Below are positions 27,214 through 34,173 of a stretch of 37,915 bases of DNA, piece after piece (within the stretch, counting starts at the first letter, position 1; each line of letters opens with the position of its first letter). Source of the DNA: a virus (taxonomy: Duplodnaviria; Caudoviricetes); the IMG/VR virus record IMGVR_UViG_3300016476_000680, positions 1 through 37,915 of that record; one strand, written 5' to 3'. The position numbers and the translations under genes were made by a program. The notes beneath the pieces are model-generated. The model was not told where the DNA came from. It made no database searches and was given only the letters and a program-made list of their open reading frames with translations.

Positions 27214-27284
27214 TGGTAGTTAGTGTGAGTACCGCCCTCACCTGTGCTTCGTTATGAGCAAAGCCTGGTCCTTGACCACTAACC
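27214..27284 (-). tRNA. atypical tRNA-like gene, anticodon CAT, miniature D arm
   Basis: GGTTAGT/ACTAACT-ACCA, CT-CAT-AA loop, T loop GGCGGTA. Confidence 0.55.
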
Positions 27285-27292
27285 ATTGAATT

Positions 27293-27366
27293 TGGTTGCT
27301 CCACCTGGTTACGATCCAGGGTCTTGCGGTTATCAGCCGCATGTACTACCATTGTACTATGGAGCA
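27293..27366 (-). tRNA. trnI: tRNA-Ile(GAT)
   Basis: Cloverleaf, CT-GAT-AA, CCA; T loop ATCGTAA. Confidence 0.9.
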
Positions 27367-27370
27367 ATTA

Positions 27371-27685
27371 TTAATTTGTTAATTCACCCATAGTAACTAC
27401 TACGGGTCGAACTTGTACTAGTTTACTAAACTCTTCAAACTTCTCAAAGATGTGGTCAACTTCTGATTGAGAGAATCTTTTCGGCCATTGAGCAGGTTCG
27501 ATATCTCTGTGCCACAACATATACAGTATGTAATCTCTACTATCATCAAGATAGTACCTTTGCAGCAAACTATCAATCACTGCTGACCTAGAGTTAGCTG
27601 CGCCACGCACAGACTTAAACGGTCCTCTCAACCACTCTTTAGTCTCTACGTTGAAAATACCGTACATCTGTTGAGTAAAGTCCAT
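27371..27685 (-). CDS. hypothetical protein within the tRNA array
   Basis: 104 aa ORF filling the gap between two tRNAs. Confidence 0.65.
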   Translation of the reverse strand: MDFTQQMYGIFNVETKEWLRGPFKSVRGAANSRSAVIDSLLQRYYLDDSRDYILYMLWHRDIEPAQWPKRFSQSEVDHIFEKFEEFSKLVQVRPVVVTMGELTN

Positions 27686-27714
27686 AAACTATATCTCTGT
27701 TGTTACTGTTAAAT

Positions 27715-27789
27715 TGGAGCCCGGTGTTGGATTTTAACCAACCTAAACTAGCTTTGCAGGCAAGCGCATAGTCACTCTGCCAACCGGGC
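27715..27789 (-). tRNA. trnC: tRNA-Cys(GCA)
   Basis: CT-GCA-AA, U73, CCA. Confidence 0.88.
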
Positions 27790-27824
27790 GTAAAACTGTG
27801 TTGCTTTTCGCAACTTATAAACAT

Positions 27825-27852
27825 ATTATAGCAGATAAAAAGCTTGTGTCAA
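27825..27852 (-). promoter_or_regulatory. sigma70 promoter
   Basis: TTGACA-16-TATAAT with extended TG. Confidence 0.8.
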
Positions 27853-27871
27853 GCCTTTTTTAAAAATATTG

Positions 27872-27963
27872 TAGAGCACCTTGTAGATGATTCCCCGTTC
27901 AGACCCTTTACTAGTATGGTCACGCGATGCTTTCCTAGCACGTTTTGAGAACAAGGTGCTCTA
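27872..27963 (-). ncRNA. putative RNA cassette enclosed by a 13-bp or longer stem
   Basis: TAGAGCACCTTGT/ACAAGGTGCTCTA. Confidence 0.45.
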
Positions 27964-27973
27964 AAATACTCTC

Positions 27974-28033
27974 AGGGCAGCAGCTACTCTGCCCTTTCCC
28001 TTACCCGTCTTAGTAGCTGACAACGGCGTAAGG
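27974..28033 (-). ncRNA. putative kissing-hairpin RNA
   Basis: Two adjacent hairpins whose loops CAGCTACT and AGTAGCTG are complementary. Confidence 0.5.
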
Positions 28034-28039
28034 AGTACC

Positions 28040-28117
28040 TGGCAGACGTAGTAGGAGTTGAACCTACAACCTCGAGTTTCAGAGACTCGCGCTCTAGACC
28101 AATTGAGCTATACGCCT
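28040..28117 (-). tRNA. trnQ: tRNA-Gln(CTG)
   Basis: CGAGT-CTCTGAA-ACTCG, GCCA end. Confidence 0.88.
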
Positions 28118-28122
28118 ATAAT

Positions 28123-28611
28123 TTAGTATCTAGCGCCTTCTTGGCGATAGCGTTTGATAAAAGTCAGATAACTGCTACAAATACCAAAGCAGCTTAATTG
28201 TACTGTACTGAACAAGCTTTTGTCATCTATTTCGGGCAAGTAAACAACACTTGTATTGTTGACAGCTACAGTACCCGGAGTGATTATCTTGTTGCTTGAA
28301 GTAGTCACATTGGTTGATTCAGTATCGTTAGGGAACTGAAAGTAATTTGGATACAGTGTAAGAGATTGTGTTTGTAGCCATGCATACGCATCAGCGTTTT
28401 GCACATTTAGCCAATATCTGTTTCCTTGCAGAAACTTATCAGTTACAGGTATAGGGTTAAACTCAGTGCCAACACACAATGCGCCATCAATTCTCCAAAC
28501 ATTTACCATGCATGAAAAACCGTTTTGAAGCGCGGAACGAATTTGTGAAGGTGTGTTAGCACTTTCAAAGTTTTGTCCGTCATATACACCAAGATAAGAA
28601 ATGTAAATCAT
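28123..28611 (-). CDS. GDPD/PLC-like phosphodiesterase-fold protein, probably degenerate
   Basis: Resembles the I.HRG..ENT...GF.VE.DVW family but reads YLG and MVNVW; TAAATA upstream. Confidence 0.5.
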   Translation of the reverse strand: MIYISYLGVYDGQNFESANTPSQIRSALQNGFSCMVNVWRIDGALCVGTEFNPIPVTDKFLQGNRYWLNVQNADAYAWLQTQSLTLYPNYFQFPNDTESTNVTTSSNKIITPGTVAVNNTSVVYLPEIDDKSLFSTVQLSCFGICSSYLTFIKRYRQEGARY

Positions 28612-28624
28612 AGTGTATTTATCT

Positions 28625-28713
28625 TGGCAGTGAGGAAGGGATTTGAACCCTTGTACCTTTTACAGCGCACTGATTTCCAATCAGGCCGATTAGACCAACT
28701 CTCGCACCTCACT
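28625..28713 (-). tRNA. trnS: tRNA-Ser(GGA)
   Basis: TT-GGA-AA, long variable arm, GCCA. Confidence 0.9.
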
Positions 28714-28719
28714 ATATTA

Positions 28720-28825
28720 AACGGGATGATGTGTCTTTAGTCGGGACTCGAACCCAGTGACACGCCCCCAGCGGGCCGACTCGCAAAGTTTGGCTGCGAA
28801 AAGTTTGTTTTGCTGTATTCATCCC
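28720..28825 (-). ncRNA. Y-RNA-like sRNA with a T loop
   Basis: GGGATGA-ATACAGCAAAAC...TCATCCC-GTT; internal GGG-TTCGAGT-CCC. Confidence 0.6.
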
Positions 28826-28836
28826 AAAGTCTTTAT

Positions 28837-28910
28837 TGGTGCCCTGACCCAGAATCAAACTGGAGACTTTGCGTTACGAGGGCAATGTTATATCACTTAA
28901 CTATCAAGGC
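28837..28910 (-). tRNA. trnT: tRNA-Thr(CGT)
   Basis: CT-CGT-AA, ACCA; C-C mismatch at the base of the anticodon stem. Confidence 0.82.
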
Positions 28911-29087
28911 TTGAACCATTAAACCGATACATGTAGGGATCAGAATAACGTAGAGTGGGAGATATACTCTCTTCCACATCTTTCTATCATACTCATTTAA
29001 TTTTTCAATAGCGAGATGATAAGCTTCTTCACCTTCTTCTCGTTTAATTTTTTCTAACAATGCATGTAATGAGCTATTTGGTGTCAT
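28893..29087 (-). CDS. small membrane protein whose stop lies inside tRNA-Thr
   Basis: GAGG RBS; C-terminal TM segment. Confidence 0.55.
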   Translation of the reverse strand: MTPNSSLHALLEKIKREEGEEAYHLAIEKLNEYDRKMWKRVYLPLYVILIPTCIGLMVQALIVK

Positions 29088-29113
29088 AACAACCTCGAGT
29101 TTAATTGAATGTT

Positions 29114-29190
29114 TGGTGGATCACGGTGGGGTTTGAACCCACGACCCCAACACTGCCAGTGTTGTGCTCTCCCAACTGAGCTACGGACCC
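29114..29190 (-). tRNA. trnA: tRNA-Ala(GGC)
   Basis: CT-GGC-AG, G3:U70; one extra T bulged in the acceptor stem. Confidence 0.85.
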
Positions 29191-29196
29191 ATTGTT

Positions 29197-29282
29197 TGGC
29201 GGAGAGAGTGGGAGTCGAACCCACTGACCTGTTACAGTCTACACCTTAGCAGGGTGCCGCATTACCGTCCTGCCCCCTCTCC
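29197..29282 (-). tRNA. trnS: tRNA-Ser(GCT)
   Basis: CT-GCT-AA, long variable arm. Confidence 0.92.
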
Positions 29283-29297
29283 ATATTCTTTTTAATT

Positions 29298-29415
29298 TGG
29301 TAGTGACTCCGGGAATCGAACACCGGGACTTGTCCTTGATATGGAAGTGTGTATTGCAGTATAGATTCTGAACAGAATCGTTTTCTTACACGTTATGCCA
29401 CTTAACTAAGTCACT
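29298..29415 (-). ncRNA. CCA-ended tRNA-like RNA with a Y-RNA-like module replacing the anticodon loop
   Basis: AGTGACT/AGTCACT-ACCA, D arm and T arm; GTGTA/TACAC stem encloses GATTCT-GTTC-AGAATC-TATACTGCAA. Confidence 0.65.
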
Positions 29416-29423
29416 ATTAATTT

Positions 29424-29499
29424 TGGTATCCCTAAACGGATTCGAACCGTTGTTACCTGGCTGAGAACCAAGCGTCCTAGGCCGCTAGACGATAGGGAC
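29424..29499 (-). tRNA. trnE: tRNA-Glu(CTC)
   Basis: TT-CTC-AG, CCA. Confidence 0.9.
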
Positions 29500-29507
29500 A
29501 TCATGTT

Positions 29508-29593
29508 TGGTGCGCTAGACTGGACTTGAACCAGCACGATCTTTCAATCACTACCACCTCAAGGTAGCGTGTCTACCATTCCACCACCAGCGC
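29508..29593 (-). tRNA. trnL: tRNA-Leu(GAG)
   Basis: TT-GAG-GT, long variable arm. Confidence 0.92.
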
Positions 29594-29603
29594 GTATTAA
29601 ATT

Positions 29604-29694
29604 TGGTACCCCTAGTAGGACTCGAACCTACACACACCAATTATCTATTGCTACGGGATATAAATCCGCTGTTCTACCATTGAACTATAGGGGC
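29604..29694 (-). tRNA. trnI: tRNA with TAT anticodon (Ile) and a long variable arm
   Basis: GCGGA-TTTATAT-CCCGT, about 19-nt variable region, ACCA. Confidence 0.75.
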
Positions 29695-29701
29695 GCTAAT
29701 T

Positions 29702-29786
29702 TGGTACCTAGAGTCGGACTCGAACCGACATGCTTTATGGGCGCGGACTTTTGAGGACCGTGTGTCTACCATTCCACCATCTAGGC
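29702..29786 (-). tRNA. trnL: tRNA-Leu(CAA)
   Basis: CT-CAA-AA, long variable arm. Confidence 0.88.
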
Positions 29787-29790
29787 ATTA

Positions 29791-29943
29791 TTACTTTTTC
29801 TTTTCTTGATTCTTCTTTTCAAATTCTTTTTGAAAATCAGATTTCTTACTCCAGTCGATAGCATCCATTCCTTTTGCAAACTTATCTCTATCGCCTTTAG
29901 TGTTAGTGATTGCATCACCTGTAATATCATTTCTTGCTGTCAT
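29791..29943 (-). CDS. small hypothetical protein (50 aa, not in the ORF track)
   Basis: MTARNDITGDAITNTKG...; AGGA upstream. Confidence 0.65.
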   Translation of the reverse strand: MTARNDITGDAITNTKGDRDKFAKGMDAIDWSKKSDFQKEFEKKNQEKKK

Positions 29944-29947
29944 TAAT

Positions 29948-30112
29948 TTAATCCTGTTCTAGAATTTGGAATCTTTTTTTCTTTTGTTTTTGTTGCCTGA
30001 TGTTACAAACATCACATCTTCCATGTTGTCCAACTAAGTTGGCATCACAACAGTTGCACCAAAAAAGTTTCTTTTTCGCAGATTTTGATTTTATTCTATT
30101 CATCTTTTTCAT
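29948..30112 (-). CDS. small basic Zn-ribbon-like protein (54 aa, not in the ORF track)
   Basis: MKKMNRIK...FWCNCCD...CDVC... Confidence 0.6.
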   Translation of the reverse strand: MKKMNRIKSKSAKKKLFWCNCCDANLVGQHGRCDVCNIRQQKQKKKRFQILEQD

Positions 30113-30119
30113 ATTTGTT

Positions 30120-30197
30120 TGGTGTCCCCACCAGGACTTGAACCTGGGACCTACCCGTTATGAGCGGGGTGCTGCTGACCAACTGAGCTATAGGGAC
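30120..30197 (-). tRNA. tRNA-Met/Ile2(CAT)
   Basis: CT-CAT-AA, paired 1:72. Confidence 0.88.
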
Positions 30198-30237
30198 GTA
30201 TTAATCTTTAGATGATCATCTTATACTAAATACACAC

Positions 30238-30516
30238 ATGAGTCAACAATTATATTTTTACATCTTACTTGATCCACATAAGCCAGACTTCTGTAAAGTC
30301 GGAATAACAAAGGATCTAAAAACTCGTATAAAAGCCTATCGAACTGCTAATCCAGATTGCTCATTTTATACAACATATCCTATCGATGATAAACAACACG
30401 AGCGTAAGTTGCTAAAAGTCTTACGTGAAGCTTTCACTGTAAAGAGCGAATACGTTCACTGTAATCCACATATAGTCAACAATATTGTTTCATCATACTT
30501 CGATGATATTAACTAA
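30238..30516 (+). CDS. GIY-YIG (T5orf172/MUG113-like) nuclease-domain protein
   Basis: YFYIL...KVGIT.D...RI..Y.T.NP...E...EY; TAAATA upstream. Confidence 0.8.
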   Translation: MSQQLYFYILLDPHKPDFCKVGITKDLKTRIKAYRTANPDCSFYTTYPIDDKQHERKLLKVLREAFTVKSEYVHCNPHIVNNIVSSYFDDIN

Positions 30517-30517
30517 A

Positions 30518-30594
30518 TGGCGCACCTAGTAGGATTTGAACCTACACTATGCCGGGTTCGAAGCCCAGTTGACTATCCAGTTGCCGATAGATGC
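30518..30594 (-). tRNA. trnR: tRNA-Arg(TCG)
   Basis: CT-TCG-AA, GCCA. Confidence 0.88.
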
Positions 30595-30604
30595 ATTTTA
30601 AAAA

Positions 30605-30678
30605 TTTGTCCGGTGGGGCCATGAACCTTCCAGTCCACCGCCGGGAATTGAACCCTGTTGCCTTCCACTTCGGACAAA
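30605..30678 (-). ncRNA. small closed-stem RNA with a T loop
   Basis: TTTGTCCG/CGGACAAA closure; GGG-TTCAATT-CCC. Confidence 0.45.
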
Positions 30679-30680
30679 AT

Positions 30681-30756
30681 TGGCAGGGGATGAGGGCCTC
30701 GAACCCACGACCTCAGGAGTCAAAGTCCTGCGCTCTACCAACTGAGCTAATCCCCA
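30681..30756 (-). tRNA. trnQ: tRNA-Gln(TTG)
   Basis: CT-TTG-AC, U1, GCCA. Confidence 0.9.
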
Positions 30757-30767
30757 ATTAAATCTTA

Positions 30768-30896
30768 AACAGGATTGTTTTGGTTTCTATAACGTGCTAC
30801 CATTACACTAAATCAGTTTTACAACTGACTGCGGAATCGAACCGCTCTTCCACTTTCACAGAGTAGTAAGAAATTTTGTTTTGCTGAACCAATCCT
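30768..30896 (-). ncRNA. YrlA-type Y RNA (permuted tRNA mimic)
   Basis: Terminal stem AGGATTG/CAATCCT, CAGCAA, then T arm (GCGG-TTCGATT-CCGC), closed acceptor-like hairpin and D arm (TA-GTGT-AATGGTA-GCAC) in T-AS-D order. Confidence 0.75.
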
Positions 30897-30902
30897 AAAA
30901 TT

Positions 30903-30963
30903 AACAGGATGCACACTTTTTTTCACCAATTGAAAGTAAAGTTTTGTTTGCTGTAGGCATCCT
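30903..30963 (-). ncRNA. minimal Y-RNA-like sRNA
   Basis: AGGATGC-CTACAGCAAAC...GCATCCT-GTT. Confidence 0.6.
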
Positions 30964-30978
30964 AATTCTTTATGTATA

Positions 30979-31215
30979 TTACTCTTTATATACATGTAAA
31001 CGCAATAGATAATGGGTAGCGTCATAACGTGTTGCGAACCCATCTACTTTCACAAACCCCAATTCAGTTGGATATCTGTATACAGCAGTGTATCTATTTC
31101 TAATCTTAAAAAGCTGACCTATATACTCGTTACCTAAATAAACCACTGTGTCTTGTTCACGAATCTTATAGCGAACATCAACGACTTTTCCATCTGTACA
31201 AACTGAGTAGGGCAT
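30979..31215 (-). CDS. hypothetical protein
   Basis: 78 aa ORF with AGGT upstream. Confidence 0.6.
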   Translation of the reverse strand: MPYSVCTDGKVVDVRYKIREQDTVVYLGNEYIGQLFKIRNRYTAVYRYPTELGFVKVDGFATRYDATHYLLRLHVYKE

Positions 31216-31321
31216 TTCAAATACCTATAGTGCGTTTATTTAAGTTAGCCTTATCCTGCTACCCATATGCTCTCGTTAGAAAGCACATGATTTTTGGTGG
31301 GCATCCAAGTAAGGCTAAATT

Positions 31322-31395
31322 TGGAGCGGGCACCGAGAATTGAACTCGGGATTAAACCTTGGCAAGGTCTCGTTTTACCTCTAAACTATGCCCGC
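31322..31395 (-). tRNA. trnG: tRNA-Gly(GCC)
   Basis: TT-GCC-AA, TCCA. Confidence 0.92.
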
Positions 31396-31402
31396 ATTAA
31401 TT

Positions 31403-31478
31403 TGGCGACTCGTAGGGGTTTCGATCCCCTTACCTCAGCAGTGACAGTGCTGTGCTCTCCCAATTGAGCTAACGAGCC
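31403..31478 (-). tRNA. trnD: tRNA-Asp(GTC)
   Basis: CT-GTC-AC, GCCA; T loop ATCGAAA. Confidence 0.9.
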
Positions 31479-31550
31479 ATATAATTTGGTGGAGGACTTT
31501 CCATCCCCCTAGTCCTTCTCCAGATGCACCCAGAGCGACTTCTACATGTT

Positions 31551-31630
31551 TGGTGGAGAATGAGGGATTTGAACCCTCCTGAATATCCTCGGTGCAAGCG
31601 AGGCGACCACCCCAAGCAGTCCCATTCCCC
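31551..31630 (-). tRNA. trnA: tRNA-Ala(TGC)
   Basis: TT-TGC-type loop CTTGCAC, G3:U70, ACCA. Confidence 0.88.
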
Positions 31631-31636
31631 AATATT

Positions 31637-32317
31637 TCAAGTATGTTGTTTGATTATGTAATATGCTTTTCTTTGCCCGATTCCATAATCATTGTGTATT
31701 TTTGATACCGATTCACCGTTTAGGTATCGTTTAACTAACTCACTAATTTGATCATCTGTTAGGATGAGTGCATTGTTCGGTGTATTACCCTTCATTCTGT
31801 TACTTTGTATATTTGTTCTACACCGCTTAGAACAATATTTGTTCCGTGATGTTTTAGCACAATCGAAAGTATCTCCGCAGCAGTTACAATTTCTTGTCAC
31901 GAGAATCGATCTTCCTTTTATCCATCCTTCAGGAATTTCAGTAGGCAAAAACTTTTTTCGCTCTTCCGTAATAGGGTCATGATACCAGTTCTTTCCAAAT
32001 TGGCTATTGCTACAACCTGCTTGCGATTCTGACATTGCAGCGGCATGTCGTCTTCGTAACCACCCATATACTTTATTTGATGGTCTATTAACCGTCATCA
32101 TCATCGCCGCCATTGCTAATGCTCCATTTTTCGGATACATTTTTGTGAGCAATTGGTGAGCAATATAATGTTCTTCGGGAGTTAGCTCCACTAGATTATC
32201 AGTGTCATCGCTTCCGCCCATGCATCTAGGGACAATATGATGCGTTTCCGTATATGCTTCTAAGACCCTATATCTGCTTCTAGATATTAATTGATTGTAA
32301 TGTTTAGAGTAATCCAT
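31637..32317 (-). CDS. HNH homing endonuclease
   Basis: ETHHIVPRCMGG.D...NLV.LT.EEH..AH; C-terminal Zn-ribbon/HTH; TAAATA upstream. Confidence 0.9.
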   Translation of the reverse strand: MDYSKHYNQLISRSRYRVLEAYTETHHIVPRCMGGSDDTDNLVELTPEEHYIAHQLLTKMYPKNGALAMAAMMMTVNRPSNKVYGWLRRRHAAAMSESQAGCSNSQFGKNWYHDPITEERKKFLPTEIPEGWIKGRSILVTRNCNCCGDTFDCAKTSRNKYCSKRCRTNIQSNRMKGNTPNNALILTDDQISELVKRYLNGESVSKIHNDYGIGQRKAYYIIKQHT

Positions 32318-32346
32318 AACATTATTTATCTTTTGCAAGCAAAAAC

Positions 32347-32391
32347 CTATGCCGTGCAAGGGCATTGTGCTCCCGTTATCACTATCAGCCC
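32347..32391 (-). pseudogene. 5' fragment of a tRNA-Ala(TGC)
   Basis: GGGCTGA, D arm and ATGCC-CTTGCAC-GGCAT, then truncated just before the HNH promoter. Confidence 0.7.
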
Positions 32392-32463
32392 GGAAACTTT
32401 CTAACTTGAAACTACTATATCAAAAGCTACGATTATTGTGTAGTCTTTTGGGTAAAACAAATT

Positions 32464-32550
32464 TGGTGCTGACCACAGGATTCGAACCTGCAACGGGATT
32501 TCTCCTCCGGATTACAAAACCGGTGCTTTCAGCCATTCAGCCAAGTCAGC
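32464..32550 (-). tRNA. trnT: tRNA-Thr(TGT) with a long variable arm
   Basis: GCTGACT acceptor, TT-TGT-AA loop, about 14-nt variable arm. Confidence 0.78.
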
Positions 32551-32557
32551 ATAAAAT

Positions 32558-32655
32558 TGGTCCTGCCGTTGGGTCCCTCACCCAAGATATATCTGCGCGA
32601 TCCTGCAGACCTTCTTTATCGACTACAGGGAGGCGTCCCCGTGTTGACGACAGCA
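32558..32655 (-). ncRNA. CCA-ended non-canonical tRNA-like RNA
   Basis: CTGTCG/CGGCAG-GACCA, T-like arm TTGGG-TGAGGGA-CCCAA, two non-standard arms. Confidence 0.45.
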
Positions 32656-32661
32656 TAAAAT

Positions 32662-32738
32662 TGGTCGGAATAGTAGGACTCGAACCTACGACCCTCTGCT
32701 CCCAAAGCAGATGCGCTACCAGACTGCGCTATATTCCG
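32662..32738 (-). tRNA. trnP: tRNA-Pro(TGG)
   Basis: TT-TGG-GA, canonical. Confidence 0.93.
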
Positions 32739-32746
32739 TTTAAAAT

Positions 32747-32824
32747 TGGTAGCAGGGGAGGGACTCGAACCCCCGTAGTTTGGCTTATGAGACCAAGCTG
32801 GAACCACCTCCAGTCTACCCTGCG
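32747..32824 (-). tRNA. tRNA-fMet-like (CAT)
   Basis: CGCAGGG start with C1 unpaired; CT-CAT-AA. Confidence 0.82.
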
Positions 32825-32871
32825 TCAAAAACTTATTTAGCTGTTGAACAGTTACAACAACTTTTTTAAAT

Positions 32872-32947
32872 TGGTCCGTGCATTTATCAGGCCTACCGAG
32901 TTGTGTAGGTCACTTGCTGACTTCCCAATCAGCGAAGAGGGTCACGG
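32872..32947 (-). ncRNA. CCA-ended structured RNA
   Basis: CCGTG/CACGG-ACCA enclosing hairpins GCTGAT/GTCAGC and CCTAC/GTAGG. Confidence 0.4.
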
Positions 32948-33074
32948 CACCCTAGGAACTTATTGCACTGTATACAGACGGCCCATATATCTTTACGATT
33001 CCGTTCTCGGGGATAAGTAAAGGCTCGCAGACCCCGCTAAACACACTCTTATCTACTAGCCAAGCAAATTCTGT

Positions 33075-33159
33075 ACCATATTAAAGTACACTGTCTGGAC
33101 CACGCATAGTAGGTATCGGTCATCCCCCTACAGCTATTCACAGTGTACTTTAATATGGT
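33075..33159 (-). ncRNA. RNA cassette enclosed by a 20-bp stem that includes the tRNA-Lys ACCA
   Basis: Perfect inverted repeat ACCATATTAAAGTACACTGT/ACAGTGTACTTTAATATGGT. Confidence 0.5.
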
Positions 33160-33231
33160 GTGTCCGGTGGGCTTTGCTCCCACAACCTTCCGCTTAAGAG
33201 GCGGGTACTCTACTAATTGAGTTACGAACAC
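33156..33231 (-). tRNA. trnK: tRNA-Lys(CTT)
   Basis: CT-CTT-AA; T loop AGCAAAG. Confidence 0.8.
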
Positions 33232-33258
33232 ATGAATTTTAAATTGTAAAATAAAAAG

Positions 33259-33304
33259 ATAAATAAAAGTGTAGTTCGCGGATCGGCAAATCCCAACTAC
33301 TCTA
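33259..33304 (+). promoter_or_regulatory. late promoter plus conserved leader hairpin of the endonuclease
   Basis: ATAAATA, then GTAGTT-CGC-GGAT-CGGCAA-ATCC-C-AACTAC. Confidence 0.6.
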
Positions 33305-33325
33305 AAGCTTATGAGGAGCATCAGC

Positions 33326-34171
33326 ATGAATATTTATCAATCGCCACTTTGTTCTTGTATTATTTGTAAAGAAGTAAAATCTGCTAAGGGCATTTATACA
33401 CATTGTTTAATGCACGACCCTGTATATTATACCAAACACAGAGAAAAAGCGTTATCTGCGTCTAAGATCGCTGTTACAGCGGTCAAGGAGAGAAAAGATT
33501 CTAAAATCTCTTCAGAAATAGAGGCATATTCGCTCAATCCGTCTATATGCACACATTGCAACTCTATATTACCTTTCAGAAAGCGCAAAAACAAATTTTG
33601 TAATAACTCTTGTGCAGCATCATACAATAACAAATCAATGACAAATGAAACTAAAGAAAAAATATCAAACAAATTATCTGGAAGATCATATCCAGAAAGG
33701 AAACCATATTCAAAAATATCTTTCTGTGTAGTATGTAGTCAGTGCATTCCAAATAAAAATATAAAAACATGTTCACCTGAGTGTAGAAGTATAATTTGGT
33801 CTACACAAGCAACAGAACGAATAAAACAAAACCGAAGAAGTAATTATCGCCGAGACAAAAAATCATATCTTGAAGACTCGTTTGAAAAATGGCTTAATCA
33901 GGTAGCACCGCACATAAACTATGAACCAGAATATACTATAAGAAATCACTTAACCAAAAAATGGTACTTTGTTGACTTCTATTTTCCTGATCTAAATCTT
34001 ATCGTTGAGTTAGACGGAAAGCAACACGACAAACCCAAACACAAAGAGAGTGATATGATCAGAGACTCATATATAGTTAAACACCTTAATATACAAGTGT
34101 TTAGAATATCTCATACCGAATATCAATCAGGAACAAAATTAGAAGAAGTTAAACAGCTTCTATCTATATGA
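33326..34171 (+). CDS. putative homing endonuclease: Zn-ribbon repeats plus a C-terminal Vsr/DUF559-like nuclease
   Basis: CxxC...FC..SC repeats; E...VDFY......ELDG.QH...RD; GAGGAG RBS. Confidence 0.82.
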   Translation: MNIYQSPLCSCIICKEVKSAKGIYTHCLMHDPVYYTKHREKALSASKIAVTAVKERKDSKISSEIEAYSLNPSICTHCNSILPFRKRKNKFCNNSCAASYNNKSMTNETKEKISNKLSGRSYPERKPYSKISFCVVCSQCIPNKNIKTCSPECRSIIWSTQATERIKQNRRSNYRRDKKSYLEDSFEKWLNQVAPHINYEPEYTIRNHLTKKWYFVDFYFPDLNLIVELDGKQHDKPKHKESDMIRDSYIVKHLNIQVFRISHTEYQSGTKLEEVKQLLSI

Positions 34172-34173
34172 AT

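Noticed and set aside
29298-29415. Intron-containing tRNA
   Set aside because: The insert is far too short for a group I intron, no bulge-helix-bulge is evident, and it matches the module of the Y-like RNAs instead.
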